Shown here piece by piece: positions 62,224-64,000 of a stretch of 64,000 bases of DNA (position 1 is its first letter; every line of letters begins with the position of its first letter). The stretch spans positions 9,649-73,648 of the forward strand of contig JAABRT010000005.1 in NCBI GenBank assembly GCA_011390805.1, in the 5' to 3' direction. Source of the DNA: Gemmatimonas sp. GTDB taxonomy: Bacteria > Gemmatimonadota > Gemmatimonadetes > Gemmatimonadales > Gemmatimonadaceae. The notes beneath the pieces were generated by a model. The model was not told the DNA's origin. It was given only the letters and a program-made list of their open reading frames with translations, and made no database searches. Made by a program: the position numbers and the translations under genes.

Positions 62224-63108
62224 ATGACTGCACACACGCCTGACATCACCGAATGGGTTGGCAAAACAGAAGTCGTGCACGATCCACTGTCGGTGACACA
62301 GGCTCAGGCGGCCGCGGCCATGTTTGACGCGGGCAATGTAACCCTTTCCGAACATTCGGCGCTGCCATCATTATGGCAATGGTTCTACTTCCTGCCTCGA
62401 GCGCCGCAGTCAATGCTCGACAGCGATGGTCACCCGGTGCGCGGTGGATTCCTGCCGCCGGTTGCATTGCCTCGCCGCATGTTTGCCGGATCACGAGTGC
62501 AAATGCACCAGCCGCTGCGTCTGGGCGTGCCAGCGTCACGGGAAGGCATCATTCACGACGTGACTACGAAGAGCGGGCGCAGCGGATCACTGGCCTTCGT
62601 CACGGTGCGATATCGCTTTCTGCAGGACGGCGTGCTGTGCCTGGAGGAAGAACAGGACATCGTGTACCGCGAGCCGGGCGCACCGGTGGCTGCACCCGCA
62701 ACCTTGGCCTTTCCCGATCCACCTGCCGACGCGCTGGTGCAGGACGTCACCGCCGACTCGCGGCTGCTCTTTCGCTTCTCGGCCCTCACCTTCAATGCCC
62801 ATCGCATTCACTACGACCGCGACTATGCGATGCACGAGGAGGGCTATCCAGGGTTGGTCGTGCATGGACCGCTCACGGCGATGCTGCTCGTGCAGTTGGC
62901 CGAACGCGCGGAGCAGCAGCGTGCGCACGCGCAAAAAGTGAACGCCCGCCGCATATCGTCGTTCAGCTTTCGTGGCGTGGCGCCCTTGTTTGACGGGGCA
63001 CCGTTCCGGTTGCAGGCGAGACACGACGCGGGGCGCGTATTGCTTGAAGCAATGAAACCCGACGGCGGGACGGCTCTGCGAGCGGAAGCAGGCTTTGACG
63101 ACGCCTGA
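62224..63108 (+). CDS. meh: Mesaconyl-C4-CoA hydratase ((S)-citramalyl-CoA forming), hotdog fold
   Basis: LWQWFYFLPRAPQS.LDSDGHP.RGGFLPP, RRMFAG, SGRSGSLAFVTV, EEEQDIVYREPGAPV, LLFRFSALTFNAHRIHYDRDYA.HEEGYPGLVVHGPL and FSFRG.APLFD.APFRL match my recollection of Chloroflexus Meh. The track ORF (61756) is extended through antisense of the neighbouring gene, and the real ATG is at 62224. Confidence 0.85.
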   Translation: MTAHTPDITEWVGKTEVVHDPLSVTQAQAAAAMFDAGNVTLSEHSALPSLWQWFYFLPRAPQSMLDSDGHPVRGGFLPPVALPRRMFAGSRVQMHQPLRLGVPASREGIIHDVTTKSGRSGSLAFVTVRYRFLQDGVLCLEEEQDIVYREPGAPVAAPATLAFPDPPADALVQDVTADSRLLFRFSALTFNAHRIHYDRDYAMHEEGYPGLVVHGPLTAMLLVQLAERAEQQRAHAQKVNARRISSFSFRGVAPLFDGAPFRLQARHDAGRVLLEAMKPDGGTALRAEAGFDDA

Positions 63109-63289
63109 GTGTGGGTACGGCGCACGGCCTTGGGCGCGCGCTACCGGCCGAGGGCCCATCCGCGTGACACTTGCTTAACTTCAGTCTGCTATCGGGGTGA
63201 TCGTTGACCTGCTCGAGTGTTGTGCAACCACTCGGTAACAGTTCGAAACCGGTCCGACCGGTGCTGCGACACCCCGTTAATTCGCTCGT

Positions 63290-64000
63290 ATGGCAACTGT
63301 CCCTGCGATCACCTCCCCGTTCACTTACCGCTCGGCGCCGATGCCATCTGACCAGCCCGCTGACAGCATTTCGCAGGTACGCAGCGCCTACGATCGCTGG
63401 TCGTCGCACTACGACACCGACCACAATCGCACGCGGGATCTCGACGCGCAGATATTCCGCACACACGGCCCGAGCGTGCGTGGACGTGCCGTACTCGAGT
63501 TGGGTTGCGGTACCGGCAAGAACACCGAGTTGCTGGCGGCAACGTGCCGTGAGGTGACCGCACTTGATATCTCGGCCGGAATGCTGGCCATTGCACGCGA
63601 ACGCATCACGGCATCACACGTGCAGTTTGTGGAACAGGATATCAGTGCACCGTGGCCTGTACCGAGCGCGACGATTGATCTTGTCGTGAGCAATCTTGTG
63701 CTGGAGCACGTGCAGGATTTGCGCCCGGTGTACGCCGAAGCGGCCCGGGTGCTTCGCAAAGGCGGCAAGCTGTATCTCAGCGAGCTGCACCCCATGCGTC
63801 AGCTCAGAGGTACCCAGGCGAGATTCACCGATACCGAGTCTGGTGACGTTGTGCATGTGCCTGCGTTTCATCACAGCGTGAGCGAGTTTGTGAATACAGC
63901 GCTGGCGTCCGGCTTCACATTGCGCGCACTCGGAGAGTGGCTGGAAGACGACGCAGTGCCCGGTGCGCCGCCCAGGATTCTTACCGTGTACCTGGTGCGT
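63290..64000 (+). CDS. Class I SAM-dependent methyltransferase (3' end cut by window edge; absent from the supplied ORF track)
   Basis: My own translation from ATG 63290 runs 237 codons to the window end without a stop: MATVPAITSPFTYRSAPMPSDQP...VLELGCGTGKNTELL...VTALDISAGMLAIARE...IDLVVSNLVLEHV...LRKGGKLYLSELHP. Motif I is LELGCGTG. ATG 63341 is an alternative start. Confidence 0.8.
   Translation, partial: MATVPAITSPFTYRSAPMPSDQPADSISQVRSAYDRWSSHYDTDHNRTRDLDAQIFRTHGPSVRGRAVLELGCGTGKNTELLAATCREVTALDISAGMLAIARERITASHVQFVEQDISAPWPVPSATIDLVVSNLVLEHVQDLRPVYAEAARVLRKGGKLYLSELHPMRQLRGTQARFTDTESGDVVHVPAFHHSVSEFVNTALASGFTLRALGEWLEDDAVPGAPPRILTVYLVR

Noticed and set aside
56296-63108. Interpreting the mcl-mch-mct-smt-meh cluster as evidence for autotrophic CO2 fixation
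   Set aside because: Only the glyoxylate-assimilation half is present. Malonyl-CoA reductase, propionyl-CoA synthase and the carboxylases are not in the window. Claiming autotrophy would go beyond the evidence.
63204-63557. 117-aa track ORF
   Set aside because: It is out of frame with, and overlapped by, the open-ended methyltransferase reading frame from 63290, which has clear SAM-binding motifs.

Overview
GC-rich (judged by eye, not computed) bacterial chromosomal segment, densely packed with about 48 protein-coding genes on both strands. I recognised no rRNA, tRNA, CRISPR array, transposase, integrase or phage genes, so this looks like core or metabolic chromosome rather than a mobile or defence island. 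Gene content suggests a diderm such as Gemmatimonadota or Acidobacteriota: TolC/RND efflux, TonB, a sortilin/BNR protein, CarboxypepD_reg+plug proteins and a TPR Ser/Thr kinase. That taxonomic guess is inference only.

Gene order, left to right: truncated aldehyde dehydrogenase; SAM methyltransferase; esterase; M19 dipeptidase; Tat-exported SDR. Then the TetR-TolC-MFP-RND efflux operon, a TonB-like pair, a large BNR/sortilin protein and a Ser/Thr kinase. Next come GlpQ, a 1285-aa three-domain hydrolase, Tgt, DeaD, CopC, a beta-propeller lipoprotein, hemolysin III and an RCK K+ channel. These are followed by an FkbM methyltransferase, a purple-acid-phosphatase-like protein, a solitary N6-adenine DNA methyltransferase and an ATP-grasp plus luciferase-like monooxygenase pair behind a structured leader. 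After Fhs lies the four-gene ligase-associated DNA-damage-response operon (Exo-Lig-Lhr-PdeM), then M1 aminopeptidase, Zn-ADH, TesB and an FAD oxidoreductase. The window ends with a compact cluster that reads as the glyoxylate-assimilation half of the 3-hydroxypropionate bi-cycle (mcl, mch, mct, smtAB-like, meh).

The items most worth a second look are:
- the 3-HP bi-cycle module in a non-Chloroflexus context;
- the membrane-anchored alkaline-phosphatase-like/lipase-like/DUF3047-like fusion next to glpQ;
- the promoter + hairpin + U-tract leader upstream of the ATP-grasp/LLM pair.

All family assignments come from motif recognition and recalled homologues. No database search, alignment score or folding energy was computed. 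I cannot show that anything here is truly undescribed.
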